Shown here piece by piece: positions 30,179 to 38,483 of a DNA stretch of 64,000 nt. Origin of the DNA: Hyphococcus sp. (GTDB lineage: Bacteria; Pseudomonadota; Alphaproteobacteria; Caulobacterales; Parvularculaceae); NCBI GenBank assembly GCA_021776415.1, contig JAJFFY010000011.1, positions 73-64,072 on the forward strand, in the 5' to 3' direction. Position 1 is the first letter of the stretch, and the number at the start of each line of letters is the position of its first letter. The notes under the pieces are model-generated. The model made no database searches. It had not been told where the DNA came from and saw only the letters and a list, made by a program, of their open reading frames with translations. The translations under genes and the position numbers were made by a program.

Positions 30179-30314
30179 AGAGAATTTACTATTTTCTGTG
30201 CAGACCGATATGCTTAATTTAGTTTAGCCACACCTTATGGTGTTGTTTCGTCGCCTCAGGTGGTAAAAAGCAAACCCTACTGGCGTGCTTTACTCTCTCC
30301 ACAAAACAACCCGC

Positions 30315-30713
30315 TTATTGACCAACATTGGGGTCGCCAGGGGTTGACTGTAGTTCGCGAAGATAAATTTTATTTTGCTCGTACATGAATTCCCATTCAG
30401 CTTTCGTCTTGCAAATTCTTCGCCCCCCAAGACGCGTGCCTGTCGGCGGCTTTAGCTTCTTACATATGATTTTCTTGGATTTGTCCTCAGCTTCAGCCTC
30501 TGAACTTGCAGCAGGCGCTGCCTCAGCGTCGCCAGATTCAGACGAAGACGTCACTTCCGCGGGTTGCTTGGTGTCTGTGTCAGCCGCGGCCGCCATTACA
30601 ATATTGGAACCTTCGCCAGTAGCGCTATCGGTGGCGCCATCAGTCGTCACGCATCCACTAAGCATTGCTCCAGATATGATAAACGCAACCGAGAAAATGT
30701 AGTTGTTCGCCAT
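30315..30713 (-). CDS. Lipoprotein with C-terminal C-x6-TGTR-x6-C-x-T-x3-W motif
   Basis: Lipobox LSGC; low-complexity linker; IICKKLKPPTGTRLGGRRICKTKAEW; low GC. Confidence 0.75.
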   Translation of the reverse strand: MANNYIFSVAFIISGAMLSGCVTTDGATDSATGEGSNIVMAAAADTDTKQPAEVTSSSESGDAEAAPAASSEAEAEDKSKKIICKKLKPPTGTRLGGRRICKTKAEWEFMYEQNKIYLRELQSTPGDPNVGQ

Positions 30714-30881
30714 TAGATGCCGCCCCTATTTCTGTATATGTAGTAAGATACTAATATAATAGAAAATGGCTTTCAGCTAGAGGCAAATAGGTCACAAAAA
30801 GGAATACAATACCCAATTTTCAAGCTGTAGCCTAAAATACAGTCCCTTACGGCCAGATTGATCTAAGCATCAGAAACAAGA

Positions 30882-31793
30882 TTATTCCGTCGGCGTATCA
30901 CTGACCTGAAAGTTATAAATCGACTCATCGAACTTGTTGTAGTCGTGATAGCGCAAGAGATCATAAAGATCGCGGCGGTGCTGCATGATGTCGAGGACGC
31001 CGTTCTGGTCACCATCCTTCAAGATCGCATCAAGACCAACGTCGCAGGCGCCCATGGCGAGGCGTAACGTTGTCACTGGATAGATAACGACGTTAAAGCC
31101 GAGCGCTTCGAGTTCTTTAATGTTCAGTAAGCGGCTTTTTCCGAATTCGGTCATGTTGGCGAGTATGGGAACATCGAGCGCTTCGCGGACCGCTTCGAAT
31201 TCTTTCTCGGACTTCATCGCCTCAGGGAAGATCATATCCGCGCCGGCATCGACATAGGCTTTCATGCGATCGATCGCTTTATCGAGGCCTTCCACTGCGC
31301 GCGCATCAGAGCGGGCGATCAGCACGAAATTCGGATCGCGCTTGGCTTCCGCCGCCGCTTTAACGCGCTGGATCATGATCTCGGTGGAAACGATTTCCTT
31401 GCCGTCCAGATGACCGCAGCGCTTGGGCATCACCTGATCTTCAATATGACAACCCGCAAGCCCCGCTTCTTCCATGGACCGCACCGTGCGCGCCGCCGCC
31501 ATGGGTTCGCCAAAGCCGGTGTCGATATCGATAAACGCCGGCAGGTCCGTCACCCGCGCAATTTGCCGGCCGCGGGTCTCAAACTCCGTCATCGTCGCAA
31601 TGCCGATATCCGGCAGACAAAGATCAGCCGACATCACCGCGCCGGAAATATAAACGCCATCGAAGCCTTTACGCTCAATCATCTGTGCACAGAGCGGATT
31701 AAACGCGCCGGGAAACTGCAAAAGCTTGCCGGAGGCGAGACCTTTGCGAAAGTGGCTACGTTTTTCTGCGGGGGATTTTGTTGTGAATAGCAT
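30882..31793 (-). CDS. prpB: 2-methylisocitrate lyase
   Basis: DIDTGFG, HIEDQ..PKRCGHL and LANMTEFGK. Confidence 0.95.
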   Translation of the reverse strand: MLFTTKSPAEKRSHFRKGLASGKLLQFPGAFNPLCAQMIERKGFDGVYISGAVMSADLCLPDIGIATMTEFETRGRQIARVTDLPAFIDIDTGFGEPMAAARTVRSMEEAGLAGCHIEDQVMPKRCGHLDGKEIVSTEIMIQRVKAAAEAKRDPNFVLIARSDARAVEGLDKAIDRMKAYVDAGADMIFPEAMKSEKEFEAVREALDVPILANMTEFGKSRLLNIKELEALGFNVVIYPVTTLRLAMGACDVGLDAILKDGDQNGVLDIMQHRRDLYDLLRYHDYNKFDESIYNFQVSDTPTE

Positions 31794-31795
31794 AA

Positions 31796-31960
31796 TTACT
31801 CTTTGTCCAAATCTTGATCTGATTTTTTCTCTTTGTTGGATGTCTGGTTGAGCGCGATACCCATCACGATGCCAACACTAATGCCGAGCGCGATATTGCC
31901 CACGGCAACACCAATCGCCACTCCAATAGCGATGCCAATCGCTATTCCTTGACCGTTCAT
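31796..31960 (-). CDS. 54-aa glycine-zipper membrane peptide (not in the ORF track)
   Basis: MNGQGIAIGIAIGVAIGVAVGNIALGISVGIVMGIALNQTSNKEKKSDQDLDKE; ATGA overlap with the upstream stop; ends 2 nt before the prpB start. Confidence 0.75.
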   Translation of the reverse strand: MNGQGIAIGIAIGVAIGVAVGNIALGISVGIVMGIALNQTSNKEKKSDQDLDKE

Positions 31961-32430
31961 GTTGAATTCCCTTCAGAATTGGATTTCGGAGCATCGCGTT
32001 TGTCTAACAGACACATAGTCGTCACCAGCGCTGTTGCAACATGTGTCTCAATGCCGTCGGCGCTGCAATAGACTTCCGAGCGCACAATCACCAATGTCCG
32101 CCCCGGCCGGATCACTTCCGCGCGAGCGCGCATCACCTCGCCGCGCGCCGGCGCCAGGAGGTTGATCTTGAACTCGGTCGTCAGCACCGTTGAGACTTCC
32201 GGCATCACCGAATAGCCGGCATAGCCCGCCGCATTATCGGCCAGCGTCGCGGCGACGCCCGCATGGAAAAACCCGTGCTGCTGCGTCAGGGTCTCATCAA
32301 ACGGCACCGACAACTCGCACGATCCATGGCCAAGCGCGCGCAGCTCGACCCCAAGCTTTTTCATGAAGCCCTGACGCGCGAAGCTCATCCGCACACGGGC
32401 ATCGGCCTCTGGAGAGATCGGTGGCGTCAC
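31957..32430 (-). CDS. PaaI-family thioesterase
   Basis: QQHGFFHAG...AD.AAGYA and TEFKINLLAPA. Confidence 0.9.
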   Translation of the reverse strand: MTPPISPEADARVRMSFARQGFMKKLGVELRALGHGSCELSVPFDETLTQQHGFFHAGVAATLADNAAGYAGYSVMPEVSTVLTTEFKINLLAPARGEVMRARAEVIRPGRTLVIVRSEVYCSADGIETHVATALVTTMCLLDKRDAPKSNSEGNST

Positions 32431-32436
32431 GTCGGA

Positions 32437-32817
32437 TTAACTGCCCATACAGAAGAAATTCAGTTTGTTGCCATCCAGATCACGCACATAACCGCACGAC
32501 ACCATACCCTCAAGCCGTGGTCCCGGCTCGCCTTCGCAGGTTGCGCCAAGCGATATGGCTTTATCGTACATCGCCTTTACCTGTGCGGCATCCTTTACGC
32601 TAATTGCGACCATGTTGCCATTGCCAGGCGCAGCGCTTTCGCCATCATGGGGTTTGCACAACGCAAACATAGGTTGTCCTGCTTGCGTTCCGAAGAACAC
32701 CGCGCCGCCATCGGGGCGAACCATCACTTCTTTAGCGCCAAGATCAGCGAGTAACGCGCCATAAAATTTCCGCGCCTTGTCCAGATCGTTTGATCCTACC
32801 ATTGAGTAAGCAAGCAT
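32437..32817 (-). CDS. VOC / glyoxalase family protein
   Basis: VGSNDL..A..FY, GNGNMVA, EGEPGPR and YVRDLDGNKL. Confidence 0.9.
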   Translation of the reverse strand: MLAYSMVGSNDLDKARKFYGALLADLGAKEVMVRPDGGAVFFGTQAGQPMFALCKPHDGESAAPGNGNMVAISVKDAAQVKAMYDKAISLGATCEGEPGPRLEGMVSCGYVRDLDGNKLNFFCMGS

Positions 32818-32838
32818 TCTTCTCTCCAATTCATTGAA

Positions 32839-33261
32839 CTACGAATATTCTTTGAGCTTCGCGCCGACGCGCTTGCCCATTTCCTCGCCCAGCGCCATCA
32901 AGCCGCTCGCCGGGCGGATCATCACTTCAAACTCGATGATCAACCCATCATCGTCGAACTTGATGAGATCGACGCCTTTCAACTCCTTGCCGCCAACATT
33001 GGCGCTGAATTCCAACGTCGCATTGTTGCCATCCTCAGTGAAGAACTGACGATGATAGGTGAAGTCTTCAAAAACATTGATGACCGTAGACAACGCCAGC
33101 ACCAAAGCTTCACGCCCATTGTAAGGCGTATGCGCCACAGGAGAGCGAAACACCGCATCGGGATGTATGATTGTTTTCAGCTCGCCAAGGTCGCGCGAGG
33201 CGATCATCGAGTGCCAGCGGGACAGTGATTTCTTTCGTTTCTCGCCACTAGGGTTATGCAT
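32839..33261 (-). CDS. NTF2/SnoaL-like protein
   Basis: DAVFRSPV, F.DFTYHR, LEFSA, GVDLI and EVMIRP. Confidence 0.88.
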   Translation of the reverse strand: MHNPSGEKRKKSLSRWHSMIASRDLGELKTIIHPDAVFRSPVAHTPYNGREALVLALSTVINVFEDFTYHRQFFTEDGNNATLEFSANVGGKELKGVDLIKFDDDGLIIEFEVMIRPASGLMALGEEMGKRVGAKLKEYS

Positions 33262-33290
33262 TTTTTTGAGGACCTATAAATTTTTGAAAC

Positions 33291-33749
33291 TTACGACAAG
33301 CTCTTTAGTTTGCGACCAAAGCGATTCACATACCCTTCCAAGGCTGAGTAGAGCTTTGGTCTATTCAATCGTTTTCTTCGTGCATTGATGTAATTTTCAG
33401 TAACTTTATAGGTCTCAATCATTGGCCCACCGACAGAGGCAAGCACAATTGCCGAGTCCACAGATTCTTCACGGACCATTAGCGCTAAAAAGTCGTAATA
33501 ATTTAGGATCGCAATAATTGTTGAATCTTCTTCGGCACTAACTTCATCGTCTGGCAACAAGCGATTGTCGGCAATCCAGCTTGCAATTATCGTGTTTGCC
33601 TCAATAACGGGTCCGGCGTCGTAAAATTTTGACAATATTGCAGTCGTGTTTTGGCGACGCTCAAATCGTATCCTTTCGCGGTAACCCAAAAAGTAGATCG
33701 AGATGGCAGCAAGAATCGATCCTACGGTAATATAGTCAGCAATTTCCAT
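33291..33749 (-). CDS. DUF4760-like membrane-anchored protein
   Basis: N-terminal TM; ILNYYDFLA..V, YI..RR and LY..LE; low GC. Confidence 0.65.
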   Translation of the reverse strand: MEIADYITVGSILAAISIYFLGYRERIRFERRQNTTAILSKFYDAGPVIEANTIIASWIADNRLLPDDEVSAEEDSTIIAILNYYDFLALMVREESVDSAIVLASVGGPMIETYKVTENYINARRKRLNRPKLYSALEGYVNRFGRKLKSLS

Positions 33750-33792
33750 AACCGGCGAACCTCGTAAAATGACTTATTTCACTCAACTCAAT

Positions 33793-35325
33793 TTAAAAAA
33801 TTCCCTTGGCCGGGTTCTCAACCAAAGATCCCGCTGGAACAACCGGGTTCAGTTGCAATACCTGATCAGCCGAAAGATTTGGCAATTGCTGAACAAGGTC
33901 GAGGAAGCGTTCGCTTTCGGACGCATCCAGAATATCGTCCGTGAGCGTTTTAAACTTCTTGATATATTCCGGGCGGCCAAAGGGGCGCGCGCCGAATGGG
34001 TGGGCGTTGGCGATGCCGAGCTCGTCTTCGATTACCCGGCCGTCTTCCATGGTAACGACGACGCGTGCGCCGAAGGCTTTCTCGTTCGGGTCGCGCGAGT
34101 GATAACGCCGCGTCCAATCCGGGTCTTCGATGGTGGAAATCTTGTGCCACAGACGCACGGTGTCGGCGCGCTGCGCGCGTTCCGGCGCATAAGACTTCAC
34201 ATGGTGCCATTCGCCATCCTGCAGCGCGACCGCGAAGATATACATGATCGAATGGTCGAGCGTCTCGCGGCTCGAATTCGGGTCCATCTTCTGCGGATCG
34301 CCGGCGCCCGTGCCGATCACATAGTGAGTGTGGTGCGAGGTATGCAGAACGATTGATTTCACCTTGTCGAAATCGCCGACCTCCTTGCCCATGCGGAAGG
34401 CGAGATCGATCAGCGCCTGGGATTGATATTCCGCGGAATGTTCCTTGGTGTAGGTATCAAGGATCGCGCGCTTGGCCTCGCCCGCGCCCGGCAGCGGCAC
34501 AGAGTAACTTGGCTCATAAGGGCTCTCGCCCTTGTCGCGCGCGGTGCGGCCATTGAGGATATAAGAAATTGGCCCGTCTTCACCTTCATAAGCCGGACTT
34601 GGCGCGCCCTCGCCGCGCATACAGCGGTCTACCGCCTCAATCGCCAGCTTGCCTGCATAGGCTGGCGCGAACGCTTTCCACGTAGATATCTCGCCCTTGC
34701 GGGACTGACGGGTGGTTATGGTTGTGTGTAGCCCTTGCTGTACTGACTGGAAGATAACTTCCGTATCAAGACCAAGCAGCGTGCCGACAGCGGCGCTCGC
34801 CGACGGGCCGATATGGGCGATGTGGTCGATCTTGTGTTCGTGCAGGCAAATCCCTTTGACGAGGTTCACTTGAATCTCATAGCCCGTCGCAATCCCGCGC
34901 AGGAGATCGCGCCCGTCTTTGCCGCATTGCTGCGCCACCGCGAGCACAGGCGGGATATTGTCGCCCGGGTGGGAGTAATCAGCGGCGAGAAACGTGTCAT
35001 GAAAGTCTAGCTCGCGCACTGCTGTGCCGTTGGCCCAGGCCGCCCATTCGGCGCAGACCTTGTGATCAGCGGGCGCGCCAAACAGCGTCGCACCGCCCGG
35101 CCGCATATGCGTATTCGCCATCGCGCGGGCTGATTTGATCGGCCCGCGATTGAGCGACGCGATCCCGACCGACGCATTGTCGATGATGCGGTTGATGATC
35201 ATGTCCGTCGCCTCGGCGTCGACCTCTACCTCGTCAGCGGCGACCGCAGCGATCTTCCAGGCGAGCTGGTCTTCGCGCTTTAAGTTGTCTTTCGAGCGAT
35301 GAGCGTGAACGTCATGAATTTCCAT
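33793..35325 (-). CDS. prpD: 2-methylcitrate dehydratase (MmgE/PrpD)
   Basis: [39 protein letters not shown] and AHPFG. Confidence 0.95.
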   Translation of the reverse strand: MEIHDVHAHRSKDNLKREDQLAWKIAAVAADEVEVDAEATDMIINRIIDNASVGIASLNRGPIKSARAMANTHMRPGGATLFGAPADHKVCAEWAAWANGTAVRELDFHDTFLAADYSHPGDNIPPVLAVAQQCGKDGRDLLRGIATGYEIQVNLVKGICLHEHKIDHIAHIGPSASAAVGTLLGLDTEVIFQSVQQGLHTTITTRQSRKGEISTWKAFAPAYAGKLAIEAVDRCMRGEGAPSPAYEGEDGPISYILNGRTARDKGESPYEPSYSVPLPGAGEAKRAILDTYTKEHSAEYQSQALIDLAFRMGKEVGDFDKVKSIVLHTSHHTHYVIGTGAGDPQKMDPNSSRETLDHSIMYIFAVALQDGEWHHVKSYAPERAQRADTVRLWHKISTIEDPDWTRRYHSRDPNEKAFGARVVVTMEDGRVIEDELGIANAHPFGARPFGRPEYIKKFKTLTDDILDASESERFLDLVQQLPNLSADQVLQLNPVVPAGSLVENPAKGIF

Positions 35326-35628
35326 CGGAATTCCTCTTGGCAAATATCAAATTGTGGGTTGGCGGCGGGCATACAAAAAGCCCGAAAATCTTCGTGCTCT
35401 CCTTGCCCCAGCTGCGCCAACCTGTCCATGGGGAAAACCGGCGTCACAACGCCTCTGGAAAACTTTGCGAATGCTTCCAATGACTTAAGCGAAGGCGCGG
35501 AATTCAGACGTATGATTGCGCGCGCGCCAATAACAAATATCGGAGGGCCGTAGCAAACTTATGTAGACTACCCCGCGCAGCACAAAAGAAATTCTAATCG
35601 GCTGCGGGATAAAGAGGGAGAGAGACAA

Positions 35629-36348
35629 ATGCACCGCCGTAAATTCATTACACGCACAAGCGGATTGATGCTTGCCGCCGCTGCGCCTGTCCGCGCCCTT
35701 GCTGCGCAAGATGATGAGACCAGCAAGGTCATGTTGCCGAATATGTCATGCCGCGAAACCCGGCGGCAAACACCCGGGCCCTATCCCGCATTGAGCACGC
35801 CGCTACGCAGCGATGTTCGCGAGGGCCTTGAGGGGACGGCGCTGCGTTTGAAATTACGCATCCATGACAGCATTTCCTGCCAGCCTGCGAGCGGCGCCGT
35901 CGTTGACATCTGGCAATCTGATGCGGAGGGCCGCTATTCCGGCGTTGAGAATATCCGGTTTGACGAGGTGACCTTGCAGCCCGCCGGCGTCTTCGCCGAT
36001 CTGCGCGGCCAAATGTTCCTGCGTGGCCATCAGGTGTCAGATGAGACAGGCGCCGTCGAATTCACATCGATCTTTCCCGGTTGGTATTTCGGGCGGCTGC
36101 CGCACATCCATGTGCGGGTCATTATGGGCGACATCGAATGGACGCGGCACGACACGCAACTCTATCTGCCAACGGATGTCGAACGAGAGGTTTATGCGCA
36201 CGCGCCCTATGCGGCCCGAGGGCAAAATCCATTGCCGCCTGAACGTGATCTCGTCACCAAGGGGGATACCGCCATGATCGAAGAACTTACACTACCGATC
36301 GTTCGCGATGGCGACGGGCTCAAGGGCGTGTACGATTTATTCGTGTAG
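35629..36348 (+). CDS. Tat-exported intradiol ring-cleavage dioxygenase-like protein
   Basis: HRRKFI Tat motif; GPY, VDIWQSDAEGRYS, FLRG and PGWYFGRLPHIH. Confidence 0.85.
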   Translation: MHRRKFITRTSGLMLAAAAPVRALAAQDDETSKVMLPNMSCRETRRQTPGPYPALSTPLRSDVREGLEGTALRLKLRIHDSISCQPASGAVVDIWQSDAEGRYSGVENIRFDEVTLQPAGVFADLRGQMFLRGHQVSDETGAVEFTSIFPGWYFGRLPHIHVRVIMGDIEWTRHDTQLYLPTDVEREVYAHAPYAARGQNPLPPERDLVTKGDTAMIEELTLPIVRDGDGLKGVYDLFV

Positions 36349-36372
36349 CCATAGGCCTTAGCGCCGGCTCAC

Positions 36373-37122
36373 CTAGAAGAACAACAGCTTAACCGCCATC
36401 GCCGCGACCGCGATGTAAAACACCCGTTTGATCAGCGCCTCGCCGCCGGCGATGGCTGAGTTTGCGCCGAGCCAGCCGCCGACGGCGTATCCAGCAGCGA
36501 GCGCGAGGCCCAGTGTCCATTCGATTTTCACCTGGGAGGCGAACACGCCCAGCGACACGATTGAGAATACCAGCGCAATAAAAACCTTGTGCATATTCGC
36601 GCGAACAAGATCGAGCCCCATGACGCGGTTGAGTATCGGCAACTGAATCAGACCAACGCCGATCTGGATAAACCCGCCATAAAACCCCGCGCCGATAAAC
36701 AGAAGATGCCCGAGCACGAGATTTTTTGTTTGCCCGCCCGCCGCTGTCGGCTTTTGGCCAAACCCGGTCAACATGATAACCAACACGCCGATCATGATCA
36801 GCGCCAGAGTGCGGTCGAACCAGACGCCCTCAAGCTTTACGCCCAGATTGGCGCCAAAATACGCCCCGACCGCCGCGCACGCCGCGAGCGTCGCGCTGAG
36901 CTTAAAATCAGAAAAGCCTTTGCGGAAGAAACCCCACACCGCAAAAATGTTTTGGGCAATAATGCCAATGCGATTAGTGCCGTTAGCGACCGGCCCCGGC
37001 ATGCCGAGAAACACCATCACCGGCACAGCAAGGATCGACCCGCCGCCAGCGAGCACATTGATCCAGCCGGAAGCGAGACCGGCAGCGAAGAGAAGGATGA
37101 GTTTCCACAGATCGAAGTCCAC
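36373..37122 (-). CDS. TauE/SafE (TSUP) sulfite exporter family
   Basis: G.IN.LAGGG, ANGTNR and GFYGGFIQ.GVG; multi-TM. Confidence 0.9.
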   Translation of the reverse strand: MDFDLWKLILLFAAGLASGWINVLAGGGSILAVPVMVFLGMPGPVANGTNRIGIIAQNIFAVWGFFRKGFSDFKLSATLAACAAVGAYFGANLGVKLEGVWFDRTLALIMIGVLVIMLTGFGQKPTAAGGQTKNLVLGHLLFIGAGFYGGFIQIGVGLIQLPILNRVMGLDLVRANMHKVFIALVFSIVSLGVFASQVKIEWTLGLALAAGYAVGGWLGANSAIAGGEALIKRVFYIAVAAMAVKLLFF

Positions 37123-37169
37123 GGGTTGGCGTTAGCCAAGTTTTCGAGCTAACGCCAGCTTCTCGCCAA

Positions 37170-37670
37170 TCACATCCCGGCCAGCGCAATTAAGAACGCA
37201 AGCTCGATCAACACCGTCAGCGGCAATCGCACACTGAGATACCAGGCCGGGGCGCCAGAACCGCGGCGTGTTGCATTGAGGTCATCGACCAACAACAGAG
37301 CCGTAAGCGCCATGATCGCCGGGAATTTCCATAAGACGCCGCCAACCGGCAGCAATAACGGAAAAGCCAGCAGCAATGGCGCCGCAGCGCCCAACAGGCT
37401 CCGCATGGTCGGGCCTTCCGGCGTCATGACCGCAACGCCCCATCTAACGCCGCCGAAAAAGACAATTAAGACGGCGCCATAAAGCCCCATAAAACCTGCG
37501 AATGTTTGTGCGTTATGCGCCGGCTCAATGACGATCATTAAAGCGGCGGCAATCAGCGGCGCCGCGGCCAGGTAAGCTAGCAACATCGCAGCGCCGGTTT
37601 TTATTTCCGTTTGCAGTGAAGAGACAGGACCACCGGTTTTTGCATTAGCGACAAACGCGTCATGGGCCAT
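37170..37670 (-). CDS. DUF3429-family membrane protein
   Basis: YGAVL..FFGGVRWG and PAWYL.VR.PLT; AGGAG RBS. Confidence 0.8.
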   Translation of the reverse strand: MAHDAFVANAKTGGPVSSLQTEIKTGAAMLLAYLAAAPLIAAALMIVIEPAHNAQTFAGFMGLYGAVLIVFFGGVRWGVAVMTPEGPTMRSLLGAAAPLLLAFPLLLPVGGVLWKFPAIMALTALLLVDDLNATRRGSGAPAWYLSVRLPLTVLIELAFLIALAGM

Positions 37671-37714
37671 GATATGTCTCCTTGATTGGCGCCGAAGCAC
37701 GTTGAATTCAAACG

Positions 37715-38296
37715 CTACTGGGTTTTTTCTTTTTCCTTCTTCCCCAAAAACGGCGTTAAAAGATCAACCGCTTTTTTTCCCATTTTAATCAGTGGCAGGA
37801 GTTTCGATTTTGGGATGGCGTTCATCTGCTCATACCAGTCGTCCAGCGTGTCGACGAGTTCCTGTAAATCCTTTAGGCGTTTGATGGCTGTTTTCGTCGC
37901 CGATGGGTCCGATTGCGCATCAGCAAGGCAAGCGCGCAACACTTCGGCCGCCGGTTCAAGCTCACGCTCCTTGCGCATGGCGACGATGTTGCTCACCATT
38001 TCCCAGACATCGCCTTCCGCCTCAAAATGATCGCGTCGGTCGCCAAGAATTGGCGTGCGCCTGACCAGATCCCAGCTCAGCAGATCGCGCATGGAGTTAG
38101 ATACATTCGAACGGGCAAGACCGAGCGTCGCCGCAATGTCTTCCGCCGTCAGCGGCGTCTCGCTAATCAGCAGCAAGGCATGGATTTGCGCAACGGAACG
38201 ATTGACGCCCCAAGAGCCGCCAAGATCACCCCAATGCAACACGAAACGCTCAACGGCCGGGGTCAGTTTTGCGGGTTTATCTGTTATTTCTGTCAT
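37715..38296 (-). CDS. GbsR/MarR-family transcriptional regulator
   Basis: FVLHWGDLG..WGVNRSVAQIHALL, ARSNVS.S and GDRRDHF. Confidence 0.9.
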   Translation of the reverse strand: MTEITDKPAKLTPAVERFVLHWGDLGGSWGVNRSVAQIHALLLISETPLTAEDIAATLGLARSNVSNSMRDLLSWDLVRRTPILGDRRDHFEAEGDVWEMVSNIVAMRKERELEPAAEVLRACLADAQSDPSATKTAIKRLKDLQELVDTLDDWYEQMNAIPKSKLLPLIKMGKKAVDLLTPFLGKKEKEKTQ

Positions 38297-38306
38297 AACA
38301 GAAATA
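38285..38306. promoter_or_regulatory. Palindromic operator over the GbsR-like start codon
   Basis: TATTTCTGT-CATA-ACAGAAATA perfect inverted repeat. Confidence 0.7.
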
Positions 38307-38467
38307 TCTGAAATAAATGAACCAAAAGCAACGAGGCAGGACGCCGCAGGCGACATTCCGATCGTGGGATTAGCCCCGATAATCAGTGAAACTTGGCGCC
38401 ATATTAGCAATATTGCGTTGAAATCGTCCCACGATTATGTACCTGACTACAGAAATTAGAAAATTTA

Positions 38468-38481
38468 TGGGAAACATCCCA
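38468..38481. promoter_or_regulatory. TGGGA-N4-TCCCA palindrome at the HTH-cysD start
   Basis: TGGGAAACATCCCA ends 2 nt before ATG 38484; degenerate copies at 38365 and 38418. Confidence 0.55.
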
Positions 38482-38483
38482 AT

